NCBI GenBank assembly: GCA_020850535.1
Contig: JADZEM010000187.1
Location: 151,840-215,839, forward strand
Origin: Chloroflexota bacterium
Lineage (GTDB): Bacteria; Chloroflexota; UBA6077; JACCZL01
Length of the DNA: 64,000 bases
Reading direction: 5' to 3'
The position numbers and the translations under genes were made by a program. Numbering within the stretch: the first letter of the stretch is position 1; the number at the start of each line of letters is the position of its first letter. This document shows, one piece after another, positions 1-10,328 of this stretch. A model generated the notes under the pieces. It worked only from the letters and a program-made list of their open reading frames with translations. It had not been told where the DNA came from and did not search any database.

Positions 1-282
1 GCACTGGAGACGCTGGACCTGACCGGGGCGACCCTCTACGCCAGCGGCGAGCCCTGCTGGATGTGTGCGACGGTCATCCGACAGACGCGGATCTCACGGG
101 TGGTGATCGGCAGCCTCTCGCGCTGGCCGACCGGCGGCTACTCGTCGCAGCACCCACTGCTGCTGATCGAGGTGCCCGGCCGGTATGCGCCGCCGCCGGA
201 CGTTGTCGCCGGGATTCTCGACGACGAATGCTCGCGGCTGCTCGACGAGGCCGGCTGGAGCATCGCTCCGTCAGACCACTGA
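1..282 (+). CDS. zinc-dependent nucleoside/nucleotide deaminase (CDA/TadA-like fold), C-terminal part; 5' end lies outside the window
   Basis: Frame 1 is open from base 1 to TGA at 280-282. The translation contains SGEPCWMCATVI...RVVIGS, i.e. the PCxxC zinc-ligand motif of cytidine/dCMP/tRNA-adenosine deaminases. Confidence 0.55.
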   Translation, partial: ALETLDLTGATLYASGEPCWMCATVIRQTRISRVVIGSLSRWPTGGYSSQHPLLLIEVPGRYAPPPDVVAGILDDECSRLLDEAGWSIAPSDH

Positions 283-311
283 GGCCTGCTGCCCGCCGGC
301 AGGCCTCACCC

Positions 312-881
312 CTACGCCTCCGGAGGCTCCCAGAGATCGGACACGGCCAGGCCGAACTCCGGCAGAAGCGGTGACGTGAGCATGTCGCCGTCCCAGAGTG
401 TCGCGACGAGGGCCAGAGCCAGACTCGCACGACGGTAGACCTGGACCATTCGCTGCTGCCAGTCGACGATCCAGTACTCGCGAACGCCCTGACGCGAGTA
501 CAGCTTCAGCTTGAACTCGCGATCTCGGCGTTCGTTGGCCGCGCCCGGCGACACGACCTCGACGGCCAGCTCCGGCCCGACGCGCAGGTGCCCAGCCGCG
601 TCCCGCCCAGTCCGAAGTCGCTGGTGGCTGATCCACACGACGTCTGGCGCTACATCGTCATCGCCATCGAACACCAGCCCGGGGGCCGTATAGGGACGAC
701 CCTGGCCGGTGGCCCGGCTCCAGGTGAAGAGGGCGGTACCGATCACGAGACAGACGTACTGATGTTCGAGACTTGGTTGTTTTGACACGAAGAGATCCCC
801 ATCGATGATCTCGTAGCGCGTGCCCTCGACATCGGGCAGCAGTTCGAGATCGCGTGAGGTGTAGCGGGGATAGGTGGTCAT
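312..881 (-). CDS. Uma2 family endonuclease (DUF820, putative restriction endonuclease-like)
   Basis: 189-aa ORF with the characteristic YEIIDG...EVVSP...DR..K...Y...GVREYWIVD pattern of Uma2/DUF820 proteins. Confidence 0.8.
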   Translation of the reverse strand: MTTYPRYTSRDLELLPDVEGTRYEIIDGDLFVSKQPSLEHQYVCLVIGTALFTWSRATGQGRPYTAPGLVFDGDDDVAPDVVWISHQRLRTGRDAAGHLRVGPELAVEVVSPGAANERRDREFKLKLYSRQGVREYWIVDWQQRMVQVYRRASLALALVATLWDGDMLTSPLLPEFGLAVSDLWEPPEA

Positions 882-948
882 GCTGGCCTCACCGACGCGT
901 CGCGCCTCTCGCTCCAGTATACGCGCGGATGTGCAGCCCAGGAACGCC

Positions 949-2475
949 TTACGCCGACTCGGCGAGGCGCGCCAGGGCGCTCAGTGGGATCTCGACCCAG
1001 TCCGGCCGGTTGCTCAGCTCGTAGCCCAGCTCGTAGATCGCCTTTTCGGCCTCCAGCGCCAGGAGCGCCGCCGCCAGCTCATCGGGGTGAGACGGCAGGA
1101 TCGGCGGCCTGGACCCCCGCACGGCGGCGACGTAGCTCGCCAGGAACCGCGCGCGAAGGCGGTCCATCAGCGACGGATCGGGCAGTACGACTCCCTCGCG
1201 GACGACGGTGGCCTCGGCATAGTCCAGCGAACGCAGCAGGCCTGCTACATCACGGAGGGGTGTCTGCTTCGCGCGGCGCTCGTCCAGCGAGCGGGCCGGC
1301 TCCCCCTCGAAGTCGATGATGTACCAGCCGTCTTCGCCGACCAGCGTCTGTCCCAGGTGAAAGTCGCCGTGGTGGCGGGTCTTGGCCACCCGTCCATCGG
1401 CCAGCACGCCGACGCCATCGACGGCAGCACGCAGCCGCCGCTCACCATACAGGGTCGCCGTGCCCAGGTTCCGCGCCGTCGCCGTCCAGCCTGCTGTCGG
1501 GTCGTCGCGCGCCAGCTCGCGTCGAATCGCCGTCAATGCCCCGTCGAGGCTGGCATGGGTGCGTGCGCGCCACCGGTCGAGGTCGGCCGCCGAGATGACC
1601 TCCGGCGCGAACGCGGGGTCGTCGGAGGCCGACGCGAGCGCGAGATGCAGTCCGCCCAGTGTCGCACCCAGCGCGTCGAGGCTGGCCACGAGCGGCGCCT
1701 CGCCGTCCGGCGCGTCCGCCAGCGCCCGGAGCCGAGCCAGCACATTGCTCCAGCCGTCTCCCTGGTTCGGCACGAAGCGCTGGAGCACGGCCACCGGCGC
1801 AATCGAGCCATCTGGCGCATGGTAGTCAGCCCAGCCGAGCATCGCGGGCGTCCGGTCAAACGTGGTGCGCTCGCTCAGGAAGCGCGTGATCTCGACCTCG
1901 GGATGGACCCCGACGACAAGCCGCCGCAGCGCTTTCAGGATCAGCGCGTCCCCGAAGATCACCGAGCTGTTGCTCTGCTCGACGTTGACGTTCCGCACCG
2001 CCAGCTGCGCCGGATCGGCCAGCGCGCGAAACGCCGCGTCGGCTTGCTGCCCGCCCGCCCGCTCGAACACGAGCCGGCCGCCGTTCGCGGTCGGCAGCGA
2101 GCGCCCCTCCAGGATACCCGCCAGCAATGCGCGGCAGGTGTCTGGATCGTAGATGGCATCGCGGACGGCCAGGTCGCCCACCGAGACGATCATTTCGCCA
2201 GGGGCGTCGGCCTCGTCGGCCGGCCACTGCCCGAGCGGCAGAAAGTAGCTCGCCGGCTGCTCGCCGTCGCCGTACACGTCGATCACCGTGAGCAGAGCGC
2301 GGGGATCATCGCCCAAGTCGGCAACGTCCCGGATCGCCACGCGCGAGATGCGACGCCCCTTTGCGCCGTACCAGCGCTGGGCCGGCAAGAACCGTGGCAG
2401 CGCCGCGCAGACGGCCGCCAGGACCGACGCGCGTGCTGACCCGGCCCGCGCGTCGCGCCCGGCGGCCTCACTCAC
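949..2475 (-). CDS. mak: maltokinase (maltose 1-phosphate forming; Mak/Pep2)
   Basis: N-terminal QRWYGAKGR signature and HGDFHLGQ kinase motif. GTG start overlaps the treS stop (GTGA) and sits between treS and glgE pathway genes. Confidence 0.85.
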   Translation of the reverse strand: MSEAAGRDARAGSARASVLAAVCAALPRFLPAQRWYGAKGRRISRVAIRDVADLGDDPRALLTVIDVYGDGEQPASYFLPLGQWPADEADAPGEMIVSVGDLAVRDAIYDPDTCRALLAGILEGRSLPTANGGRLVFERAGGQQADAAFRALADPAQLAVRNVNVEQSNSSVIFGDALILKALRRLVVGVHPEVEITRFLSERTTFDRTPAMLGWADYHAPDGSIAPVAVLQRFVPNQGDGWSNVLARLRALADAPDGEAPLVASLDALGATLGGLHLALASASDDPAFAPEVISAADLDRWRARTHASLDGALTAIRRELARDDPTAGWTATARNLGTATLYGERRLRAAVDGVGVLADGRVAKTRHHGDFHLGQTLVGEDGWYIIDFEGEPARSLDERRAKQTPLRDVAGLLRSLDYAEATVVREGVVLPDPSLMDRLRARFLASYVAAVRGSRPPILPSHPDELAAALLALEAEKAIYELGYELSNRPDWVEIPLSALARLAESA

Positions 2476-4238
2476 GCCCGGCCGCCCTGCTCTTCAACGC
2501 CTGGCGGCGCGAGCCGAAACCACATGAAGCCGTGCGGCCCGAACGACAGCATGTACGGCAGCTCGCCAACCTTCGGGAACGGCGTCTCCCCGAACAGCTC
2601 GACCGGCGTCCAACCGTCGAACTCGCGCAGGTCGAGCTCGACTGGCTGCACGAACCGCGAAAGGTTGTTGACGCACAGCAGCGTCTCGCCGTTGTACTCA
2701 CGCAAATACGCGAGGATCTTCTGGTTCGCCGGCGTCAGGAATCGGATGGTCCCCCGTCCGAACGCATGGAACCGCCTGCGAATGTGGATGATGCGGCGCA
2801 TCCACTGCAGCAGCGAGGTGGGCGTCCGAAGCTGGGCCTCGACGTTCACCGACTGGTAGCCGAAGACGGGGTCGACGATCACCGGGCTGTACAGGCGAGC
2901 GGCGTCGGCCCGCGAGAACCCAGCGTTGCGGTCGATGCTCCACTGCATCGGCGTTCGGACGCCGTTGCGGTCGCCGAGATAGACGTTGTCGCCCATCCCG
3001 ATCTCGTCGCCGTAGTAGATGACCGGTGTGCCGGGCATCGACAGCAGCAGCGCATTCAGCAGCTCCAACTGGCGACGCCCTCCCTCCATGAGCGGCGCGA
3101 GCCGCCGCCGAATCCCGATGTTGACCCGCATCAGCGGATCGCGGGCGTACTCGCGGTACATGTAGTCCCGCTCGTCGTCGGTCACCATCTCCAGCGTCAG
3201 CTCGTCGTGGTTCCGCAGGAAGATGGCCCACTGGCTGAGAGGCGGCAGGTCCGGCGTCTGCCCCATGATCTCGACGATGGGCCTGCTCTCCTCCCGGCGG
3301 ATCGCCATGAAGATGCGCGGCATCAGCGGGAAGTGAAACGCCATGTGGCACTCGTCGTCGTTGCCGAAGTACGGGCGGACGTCGGCCGGCCACTGGTTCG
3401 CCTCAGCCAGCACGATGCGGCCCTGATAGTTGGCGTCGATGGCCCCACGCACCTCGCGCAGGTAGGCGTGCGTCTCGGGCAGATTCTCGCAGATGGTGCC
3501 TTCGCGCTCGTACAGGTACGGCACGGCATCCAGGCGGATCCCGTCCACGCCCCGATCCAGCCAGAACCGCAGGCTGTCGATCATCGCGCGGCGGACCTCT
3601 GGATTGTCAAAGTTCAGATCTGGCTGCTGGCTGAAGAAGCGGTGCCAGAAGTACTGCCCGGCCTCGGCATCCCAGGTCCAGTTCGAGCGTTCGGTGTCCG
3701 TGAAGATGATGCGCGCGTCCGGATAGTCCTGGTCCGTGTCGGACCACACGTAGTAGTCGCGGTACGGCGAATCCACCGAGGCGCGCGCCGACTGGAACCA
3801 GGCGTGCTGATCCGAGGTGTGGTTCATCACCATCTCGGTCATCACGCGCAGACCACGCCGATGCGCCTCGACCACGAACGTCTCGAAGTCCACCAGCGTG
3901 CCCAGGGACGGGTGAACATCGTGATAGTCCGCGATATCGTAGCCGTCATCCTTGAGCGGCGACGGGAAGAACGGCAGCAGCCAGATACAGGTGATGCCGA
4001 GCGCTTTCAGGTAGTCGAGCTTCTCGATCAGCCCCCGGAAGTCGCCGATGCCGTCGCCATCGCTGTCATAAAACGTCCGGACGTGCAGCTCGTAGATGAT
4101 CGCGTCCTTGTACCAGAGCGGATCGTCGTCGAGTGGCCGGTCATCCGGTGCCCTTCCTGATTCGTTGATCGCCACGCTCGCCTCACAGCAGATCGGAACT
4201 GAAGCTCGTACAGCCACGAGAGCGCCCGACACGTCCAC
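2472..4238 (-). CDS. treS: trehalose synthase / maltose alpha-D-glucosyltransferase (GH13)
   Basis: [29 protein letters not shown] and [10 protein letters not shown] motifs of GH13 TreS. Exact start uncertain (GTG at 4238 or an internal start). Confidence 0.9.
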   Translation of the reverse strand: MDVSGALVAVRASVPICCEASVAINESGRAPDDRPLDDDPLWYKDAIIYELHVRTFYDSDGDGIGDFRGLIEKLDYLKALGITCIWLLPFFPSPLKDDGYDIADYHDVHPSLGTLVDFETFVVEAHRRGLRVMTEMVMNHTSDQHAWFQSARASVDSPYRDYYVWSDTDQDYPDARIIFTDTERSNWTWDAEAGQYFWHRFFSQQPDLNFDNPEVRRAMIDSLRFWLDRGVDGIRLDAVPYLYEREGTICENLPETHAYLREVRGAIDANYQGRIVLAEANQWPADVRPYFGNDDECHMAFHFPLMPRIFMAIRREESRPIVEIMGQTPDLPPLSQWAIFLRNHDELTLEMVTDDERDYMYREYARDPLMRVNIGIRRRLAPLMEGGRRQLELLNALLLSMPGTPVIYYGDEIGMGDNVYLGDRNGVRTPMQWSIDRNAGFSRADAARLYSPVIVDPVFGYQSVNVEAQLRTPTSLLQWMRRIIHIRRRFHAFGRGTIRFLTPANQKILAYLREYNGETLLCVNNLSRFVQPVELDLREFDGWTPVELFGETPFPKVGELPYMLSFGPHGFMWFRLAPPGVEEQGGRA

Positions 4239-4280
4239 ACGGCGCGGCTGGCCGCGCTCCGACCGCCGGCCGCGTTGGTC

Positions 4281-6410
4281 TTACGGGGCGGCGGCAGAGG
4301 AGGAGGCAGCTTCTGACTGTCCCAGCCGCCGCACTCGCAAGATGTGCGCCGGCTGGACCCGTGGGTCGAGGCGCACCCAGTTGTGGCGGCCGTACCAGCT
4401 GTACGTCGCGCCGTTCAACAGGTCGTCGACCTCGTACACCTCGTCGTCGCGGATGCCGAACTCACCCGGTGGCAGGAAGACCCCGCCGTAGTGGGTCTCG
4501 AACGGATCGAGGTTGAGCGCCACCAGGATGATGTTCGACCGGTCCGGCATGGCCTTGCCGTAAAAGATGATGTTCGGGTCTTCGGAGCCGTAGAAGCGCA
4601 GGTTCGAGTATATCTGCAAGGCCGGGTTCGCGTGGCGAATCCGGTTGATCGCCGTCACGATGTCGATGATGTTCCCCGGCCGGTCCCAATCCCAGACTTT
4701 GTGCTCGTACATCTCGGAGTCGAGATAGTACTCGCTGCCGGGGTAGCGCGGGGTGTTCTCACACAGCTCGTATCCGTTGTAGATGCCGTAGGTCGACCCG
4801 ACCGTCGCGCCAAGCACCAGCCGCATGATGAACGCCGGCCGCCCGCCATGCTGAAGGATGTCTGGCAGGATGTCCGGCGTGTTGATGAAGAGGTTGCCCC
4901 GGAAATACTCCGCGACGGGCGGCTGGGTGATCTCGGTCAGGTACTCCTCGATCTCGGTGCGCTCGTTGCGCCACGTGAAGTAGGTGTACGACTGCGTGAA
5001 CCCAGCCTTCGCCAACGCCCGCATCACCTTCGGGCGCGTGAACGCCTCGGCCAGGAAGATCGTGTCCGGGTACTCCCGCTGCACCTCGCGGATCATCCAC
5101 AGCCAGAAGTCGAGCGGCTTGGTGTGGGGGTTGTCCACCCGGAAAATCCGCACGCCGCGCTGCGCCCAGAACAGGATGATGTCTCGCAGCGCCGCCCACA
5201 ACTCCCGCCACGCCTCGCAGTTGAAGTTGATCGGATAGATGTCCTCGTACTTCTTGGGCGGGTTCTCGGCGAACTTGATGGTGCCGTCCGGGCGGTGATA
5301 GAACCACTCCGGATGCTCCGTGACCCACGGATGGTCCGGCGAGACCTGGATGGCGAAGTCCATCGCCAGCTCCATACCGTGGGCCTTCGCCGTCTGCTCG
5401 AAGTGCGCGAAGTCGTCGAGCGTGCCCAGCTCCGGCGCGATGGCCGTGTGGCCGCCGTCCGCCGAACCGATAGCGTACGGGCTGCCCGGGTCGCCCGGCT
5501 CCGCGACGAGCGTATTGTTCTGGCCCTTGCGATTCGTCGTCCCGATGGGGTGGATCGGCGTCATGTACAGCACGTCGAAGCCCATCGCAGCGATGGCCGG
5601 GATGCGGGCCTCGGCCTCGCGGAACGTCGCGCCGCGGGTCGGGTCCGTCCCCTGTGACCGTGGGAAGATCTCGTACCACGTCCCGAAGCGCGCGCGCACG
5701 CGGTCAACCTTGACCTGGAGCTCGCGGTCGTAGCGGGTCACAATGGCCGGGTCGACATGGCTGCTGACGAGCGCCACCAGGTTGGGGCTGAGGGCGACGT
5801 TCAGGGCGGCTGCCGTGGCGCGCGTATCGCCGATCTTCTCGGCGGCCGCCAGCATCGTGGCGCGGTCGGCCTTGCTCCCGAGCGCCGCCAGACGCGTCAG
5901 CAGGCGCGCGCCCTCGAGGAGGTCACTGCTGACATCCTGGCCGGCGTCGGCCTTCTTGCGCGTATCCGAGGCCCACGAGCGGTACAGGTCAGGGTACGCC
6001 TCGACGGTGTACGTGTACAGCCCGAGGTCTGTCAGCTCGAACGAGGCGCGCCAGCGGTCATTGTCCACGAAGGTCAACGGGGCGGACTGCCAGGCGTCCC
6101 CGGTGGGCGGCCGGAACAGGATGCGCCCGGTGATGATGTCGTGCCCCTCCCTGAAGAGGTCGGCCTCAACGACAAAGGTCGCGCCGACTTCTCGCTTGAC
6201 GGGATAGCGCCCCCCGTCAAGCTCAGGGCTGACCTGCTCGATGACGACCGTTCGGAACGTGTGCGGGAAGGTGTTGCCGGCCGTGGACTCTGCAGGCATC
6301 CTGACGGCACTGCTCCCGTTCTCTGGCGTTCGTGACGAAGACGAGGGTGCCGTGGCTCGCGGATTCTTTCGTGTCGAAGAGGATGCGGGCTGCGGTGCTG
6401 GAGTGGTCAT
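4281..6410 (-). CDS. glgE: alpha-1,4-glucan:maltose-1-phosphate maltosyltransferase
   Basis: N-terminal GlgE domain (ELDGGRYPVKREVGA...FREGHD) and catalytic region with FRVDNPHTKP. The start may be the internal ATG at 6299. Confidence 0.9.
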   Translation of the reverse strand: MTTPAPQPASSSTRKNPRATAPSSSSRTPENGSSAVRMPAESTAGNTFPHTFRTVVIEQVSPELDGGRYPVKREVGATFVVEADLFREGHDIITGRILFRPPTGDAWQSAPLTFVDNDRWRASFELTDLGLYTYTVEAYPDLYRSWASDTRKKADAGQDVSSDLLEGARLLTRLAALGSKADRATMLAAAEKIGDTRATAAALNVALSPNLVALVSSHVDPAIVTRYDRELQVKVDRVRARFGTWYEIFPRSQGTDPTRGATFREAEARIPAIAAMGFDVLYMTPIHPIGTTNRKGQNNTLVAEPGDPGSPYAIGSADGGHTAIAPELGTLDDFAHFEQTAKAHGMELAMDFAIQVSPDHPWVTEHPEWFYHRPDGTIKFAENPPKKYEDIYPINFNCEAWRELWAALRDIILFWAQRGVRIFRVDNPHTKPLDFWLWMIREVQREYPDTIFLAEAFTRPKVMRALAKAGFTQSYTYFTWRNERTEIEEYLTEITQPPVAEYFRGNLFINTPDILPDILQHGGRPAFIMRLVLGATVGSTYGIYNGYELCENTPRYPGSEYYLDSEMYEHKVWDWDRPGNIIDIVTAINRIRHANPALQIYSNLRFYGSEDPNIIFYGKAMPDRSNIILVALNLDPFETHYGGVFLPPGEFGIRDDEVYEVDDLLNGATYSWYGRHNWVRLDPRVQPAHILRVRRLGQSEAASSSAAAP

Positions 6411-6415
6411 GCCAT

Positions 6416-7909
6416 TCAGGCTACCACCACCGCATCCTTTCTGTCCGAATTGCCGGGATGCGGCTCACACCGGTGCCGGTACAACTGACCACGGGAGAAT
6501 GTACCACCCGGCGCGTGCGCAATCGCCTCGGCCAGCAGATCGACCCCCGTTCGGCCGCTCTCGGTGCTGCGCGCCGCCCGCAGGTCGGCGGCGTAGGCGG
6601 TCAGCAGATCGAGCTTGTGGACGCGCTCGGCGTCGCGGAGGGCGCGCAGGCCGTAGCGAATGGCATTGCGCGGCTCGATCCGGTCGAGATCCTCGAAGAA
6701 CCAGGCGCAGCTTGCGAACATGATGTGACGGTAGTACTGAGCGTCCAGGAGCCGTAGCGCCCGCTGCTGACCCACCTTCGGGTTGCGCGCGTGCTGCATC
6801 CAGAACGCGTCAGCCGTCGTCGCGCCCAGCCGTACCCCGATGTACGCCGCCTCGGCAGCCCACGGGTCGCGGAAAAGGCGGCTGGCCGCTGGCTCGTAGA
6901 GGGTGTCGATCTTCACCGCCAGACGCGTCAGCGCCTGCCGCAGATACCACTTCCACTCGCCATCCTCGACGATACAATCGCAGTCACCGCGCCAGCGGTC
7001 CACGCCGTGGTGGCAACTCCAGGAGGTCGCCTCGGCCAGCGTCACTTCCTCCAGCGGCGGGTGGAACTCCAGGTACCGGCCCAGGCTGGTCACCTCGAAC
7101 CCGCGCGAGACGGCGCTCACGCCCAGCAGGTGCGCCAGGAACTTGTCGCGGTACGGCAGGTGGTGGCCATACAGCTCACCATCGGTGGCGATCAGCACCA
7201 GTTGGGGATCGCCGTCCGCCACGCGGGTCCGCTCGATGTGGCGCGGCAAGTCCTGCAGTCCGAACACATCGGCGTTCGTCGTCAGCGTGGAGTCGAACGA
7301 GACACGGCCAGACAGGTCGCCGTTGTAGAAGAAGGCGGCGATCTTGCGGCCATCGGCAAGGCGCACCCAGTACGGCTGCGACGTGTCGACAGGTGCACCA
7401 GCCTGCCAGGGCGCCAGGATGGTGTAGGTGATGCCCTGATCCAGCAGCGCCCCCAGGCTGGCCGAGTCGGCGGCCGTCTCCGCCAGCCACATCCCCTCCG
7501 GCGCGTACCCGAACCGGTGCTGGTAGTCGGCGATGCCCCAGGCCACCTGGATCCGACGCTCGTGCTCGCTCGCCAGCGGCATGATCGCGTGGCTGTACAC
7601 CTGGGCCAGCGCGTTCGGATGGCCGTACGCGAGGAAGTGCGTCCGGGCCTGTGCGATGATGGCGTCGTAGGTGGGACGGTCGTGCGCCTCGAGCCAGGAT
7701 GCCAGCGTCGGGCCGAGATCGAAGCTGATCCGCGAGAAGTTGCCAAGCTCGGCGTTCGGCCGGTAGCACTCGGCGGCGATCTTCTCGTTGAAGTTGCGGA
7801 ACGGGTCAGCGCCCTTTTCGCGCGGCAGCACGCCGGTGAATGGATCTTCCCGGGGCGGCTGGTAAAAGTGCCCGTGTATTGTCAGATGGGGCTTCATCCC
7901 GCCGGCCAT
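6416..7909 (-). CDS. glycoside hydrolase family 57 protein (candidate alpha-glucan branching/amylase-type enzyme)
   Basis: GH57 conserved blocks: HGHFYQPPRED, WLAETAAD (nucleophile Glu), TDGELYGHH. Stop lies 5 nt upstream of the glgE start, so same operon. Confidence 0.8.
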   Translation of the reverse strand: MAGGMKPHLTIHGHFYQPPREDPFTGVLPREKGADPFRNFNEKIAAECYRPNAELGNFSRISFDLGPTLASWLEAHDRPTYDAIIAQARTHFLAYGHPNALAQVYSHAIMPLASEHERRIQVAWGIADYQHRFGYAPEGMWLAETAADSASLGALLDQGITYTILAPWQAGAPVDTSQPYWVRLADGRKIAAFFYNGDLSGRVSFDSTLTTNADVFGLQDLPRHIERTRVADGDPQLVLIATDGELYGHHLPYRDKFLAHLLGVSAVSRGFEVTSLGRYLEFHPPLEEVTLAEATSWSCHHGVDRWRGDCDCIVEDGEWKWYLRQALTRLAVKIDTLYEPAASRLFRDPWAAEAAYIGVRLGATTADAFWMQHARNPKVGQQRALRLLDAQYYRHIMFASCAWFFEDLDRIEPRNAIRYGLRALRDAERVHKLDLLTAYAADLRAARSTESGRTGVDLLAEAIAHAPGGTFSRGQLYRHRCEPHPGNSDRKDAVVVA

Positions 7910-8335
7910 GCCAGATCCCTCACTCCGTCGCGTGCATCGCGCTCAGCTGGGTCTGGGCCGGCGCAACGCCGATGGACGGGCAACGCTGCCTCCATCAACA
8001 TTATCGGCACGTCTTCCAAAAAGCTGAGGCTGAACATCCCTGTCCTCGGCGCTTCGGGGCCGTCCTGGGAGTGTGCATCCACTCCACGGGGCCGCGCATG
8101 CCAGCGCCTGCTGTTCGTCTGGCGTAGGCTAACACGGCCGGGGTGCGAACACAACGCGGTTGGCACACACCCCGAGCGTACGCGTGGCAACAGTATCCGG
8201 CGCATCGCAATGACACACTGATATGCAGTCGTCACGGTCTCTTTACATTCTGTTCACAAGAAACGCGGATACTCCCCACAGGCCTGCGGCCCCGGCCAGG
8301 GTTGGTCCGGTGGACATGCCTGCGTAGGACGGTAG

Positions 8336-9508
8336 ATGCGTTCAGCCCGATGGATTGTCGCGGCATCCTCGGTGGCCCTCAGCCTGGTACTCGCGGAGCT
8401 GCTGGTGCGAGTGGTCGCGCCGGTCAGCGAATCGCGGTTGCTCCCCTTTACATATAACGACGAGCGGGTACACCAGATCATCCGTGGTGACACGTACCTG
8501 ACCTACGATGCTGACCTCGGCTGGAACCTGACGCCGAGCCGCACCCGCCGCTCGGAAGGCAACGTCTACCGCATCAACAGCCAGAGCATCCGCGCCGACC
8601 ACGACTACCAGCTTGACGAAGCGCCGGGCGTCCAGCGGATCACCGCCTTCGGCGACTCGTTCACCCACTGCAGCGAGTCCACCCAGCAAGACTGCTGGAC
8701 CGTGCTGCTGGAAGACGCCCTGCCACGGGCCGAGGTGCTCAACTTCGGCGTACCGGGCTACGGCCCCGACCAGGCGCTGCTGCGCTACGGCCGCGACGGA
8801 CAGAAGTTCGGCGGCTGCGCCGTGATCATCGGGTACTTCGTGGGCGACATCGAGCGCGTCGTCAATCGCTTCAGGCCGTTCATTCACCCTGACGACAGCG
8901 TCGTCTTGAGCAAGCCGCGCTACGTGCTGAACGGTTCTGATCTGGTGCTGATGCCCAACCCGGTGACCGACCTCGATCAGCTCCTGGATGTCCACTGGGT
9001 CGAATCGACACTCGGACAGCACGACTCCTGGTACTTCCCGAACACCTTCACGGCCGGCCCGTTGGACTCCTCCCACCTGGTACGACTGGGGCGGACGGCC
9101 GCCTACACCTGGCATCGACAGCCGCTCCTGCGGACCGAGCGCGGATTCCCGCTCTACGACCAGCAGGGGGAGGCCTATCAGCTGACGCAGCGCATCCTCC
9201 TGAAATTCGTGGACGATGTCCGCGCGAACGGCGCGACCCCGGTGGTCGTCGTGATGCCGGGCATGCTCGACCTGGCGCAGAACGCCACAGGCGTGAAGAC
9301 GTATGCTCCGCTCCTGGAACTGCTCAGCGAGGCCGGCGCGCCGGTCGTCGACGTGACCTCCGAGCTGCTGGTCGAGGTCGAGCGCCACGGCCTCGACGAT
9401 GTCTTCGAGGATACGCACTATTCCCGGCTGGGGAACGCTGCCGTCGCGCAGAAACTCGCGGAGACGTTGCCGCGTCTCACACAGCCGACCTGTGGCCCGG
9501 CACGGTAG
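8336..9508 (+). CDS. SGNH/GDSL hydrolase-family protein with N-terminal signal/TM segment
   Basis: Hydrophobic N-terminus; block I FGDSFT and block V DTHYS (DxxH) of SGNH hydrolases; good coding GC3. Confidence 0.5.
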   Translation: MRSARWIVAASSVALSLVLAELLVRVVAPVSESRLLPFTYNDERVHQIIRGDTYLTYDADLGWNLTPSRTRRSEGNVYRINSQSIRADHDYQLDEAPGVQRITAFGDSFTHCSESTQQDCWTVLLEDALPRAEVLNFGVPGYGPDQALLRYGRDGQKFGGCAVIIGYFVGDIERVVNRFRPFIHPDDSVVLSKPRYVLNGSDLVLMPNPVTDLDQLLDVHWVESTLGQHDSWYFPNTFTAGPLDSSHLVRLGRTAAYTWHRQPLLRTERGFPLYDQQGEAYQLTQRILLKFVDDVRANGATPVVVVMPGMLDLAQNATGVKTYAPLLELLSEAGAPVVDVTSELLVEVERHGLDDVFEDTHYSRLGNAAVAQKLAETLPRLTQPTCGPAR

Positions 9509-9625
9509 CCACCAACGCCCTCTGGTCCCTGCTGCCGCCCCCTGCTGTGACTCAGGTTGATCTTCGAGGCCCGGCGGTTGATACTCCCGACGCGCGCCAT
9601 GACGGCGCCACCAGGGAGGAACCCG

Positions 9626-10048
9626 ATGCCGGCTCGAACCTTTGACTGGCGCGACGATCCGACCGGAACCGTGATCGCCGTGCCAGACGTGCGCGCACGC
9701 TTCCTCAAGCGCAACCCGGACGACGCACTCGGCGGCTTCCACAGCCACGAGGAGTCGAATGGCATCGAGACGTGGGTGGTCCTCGAAGGCAAGGTTCGCT
9801 TCGAGTTCGACGACGGCGAGGTCATCGCCACGCCGGGCCAGTCTGTGGTGGCCTACCCACACGAGAAGCACCGTGTCTCCTGCGCCGGCGATGAGCCCTG
9901 CGTCTACTTCCTGACGCTGACGCCGCACCGCGAGCCGACGCACACCTTCTACGACGACAACGGCAACCGTCTCCCGTCACGCGTCGGGACGGTCAACACG
10001 ACGTGGTGCGGCGAGCCGTCGCTGGGCGAGCTGCCCACGAAGGTCTAG
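9626..10048 (+). CDS. cupin domain protein
   Basis: Conserved cupin barrel motif (GFHSHEE...G...VVLEGKVRFEFDDGEV...AYPHEKH). Start chosen at ATG 9626, preceded by AGGGAGGAA; earlier ATGs at 9557 and 9599 lack an SD. Confidence 0.6.
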   Translation: MPARTFDWRDDPTGTVIAVPDVRARFLKRNPDDALGGFHSHEESNGIETWVVLEGKVRFEFDDGEVIATPGQSVVAYPHEKHRVSCAGDEPCVYFLTLTPHREPTHTFYDDNGNRLPSRVGTVNTTWCGEPSLGELPTKV

Positions 10049-10088
10049 TGCTCGGCCATGCTGGGCATGATGGGTGCACAGCAACCTT

Positions 10089-10222
10089 GTCATCCCGACC
10101 GCGGCGAGGAACGGGCGCAGTGGAGAGATCTTCTTCGCATAACCACGAAGGGGAAGATCCCTCGACTGCGTTCGCAAGGCTTGCCCTGAGCTTGCCGAAT
10201 GGGTCACGTCGCTCGGGATGAC
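10089..10222. repeat. imperfect-palindromic intergenic repeat element, family copy A (termini GTCATCCCGACC...GCTCGGGATGAC; internal GAGAGATCTTC/GAAGATCCCTC arms)
   Basis: Self-complementary arms seen directly. Homologous copies at 16640-16806, 27090-27325 and 60591-60694. Confidence 0.7.
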
Positions 10223-10328
10223 AGGGGGTGTTGACAGCCATCGCTTTCAGCGTGGTGATGTACCAGCCCCAGCGCGCATTCGCTCGGCGCAGTCGGCGGG
10301 CCGCCTCCGGGCGGCCCCGAGGAGAGGT

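Noticed and set aside
874-2439. 521-aa ORF on the plus strand. Similar long ORFs occur at 2361-4160, 4344-5657, 6791-8221, 8342-9943, 12949-14871, 13815-15512, 19949-21049, 42427-43548, 45632-47017, 57974-59458 and 60434-61828
   Set aside because: All are antisense to strongly supported genes (mak, treS, glgE, GH57, SGNH, larC/folC, trpE/G, S9 peptidase, pgpH, GT39, NHL). They have Arg/Ala/Gly/Pro-biased low-complexity translations and no motifs. These are the usual stop-codon-poor artefacts of about 70% GC DNA.
10218-10328. Upstream start of the LLM oxidoreductase ORF as given in the track (MTGGVDSH...)
   Set aside because: This start lies inside palindromic repeat copy A. A well-placed ATG with GGAGAGG at 10329 begins the conserved MAKIKIG N-terminus.
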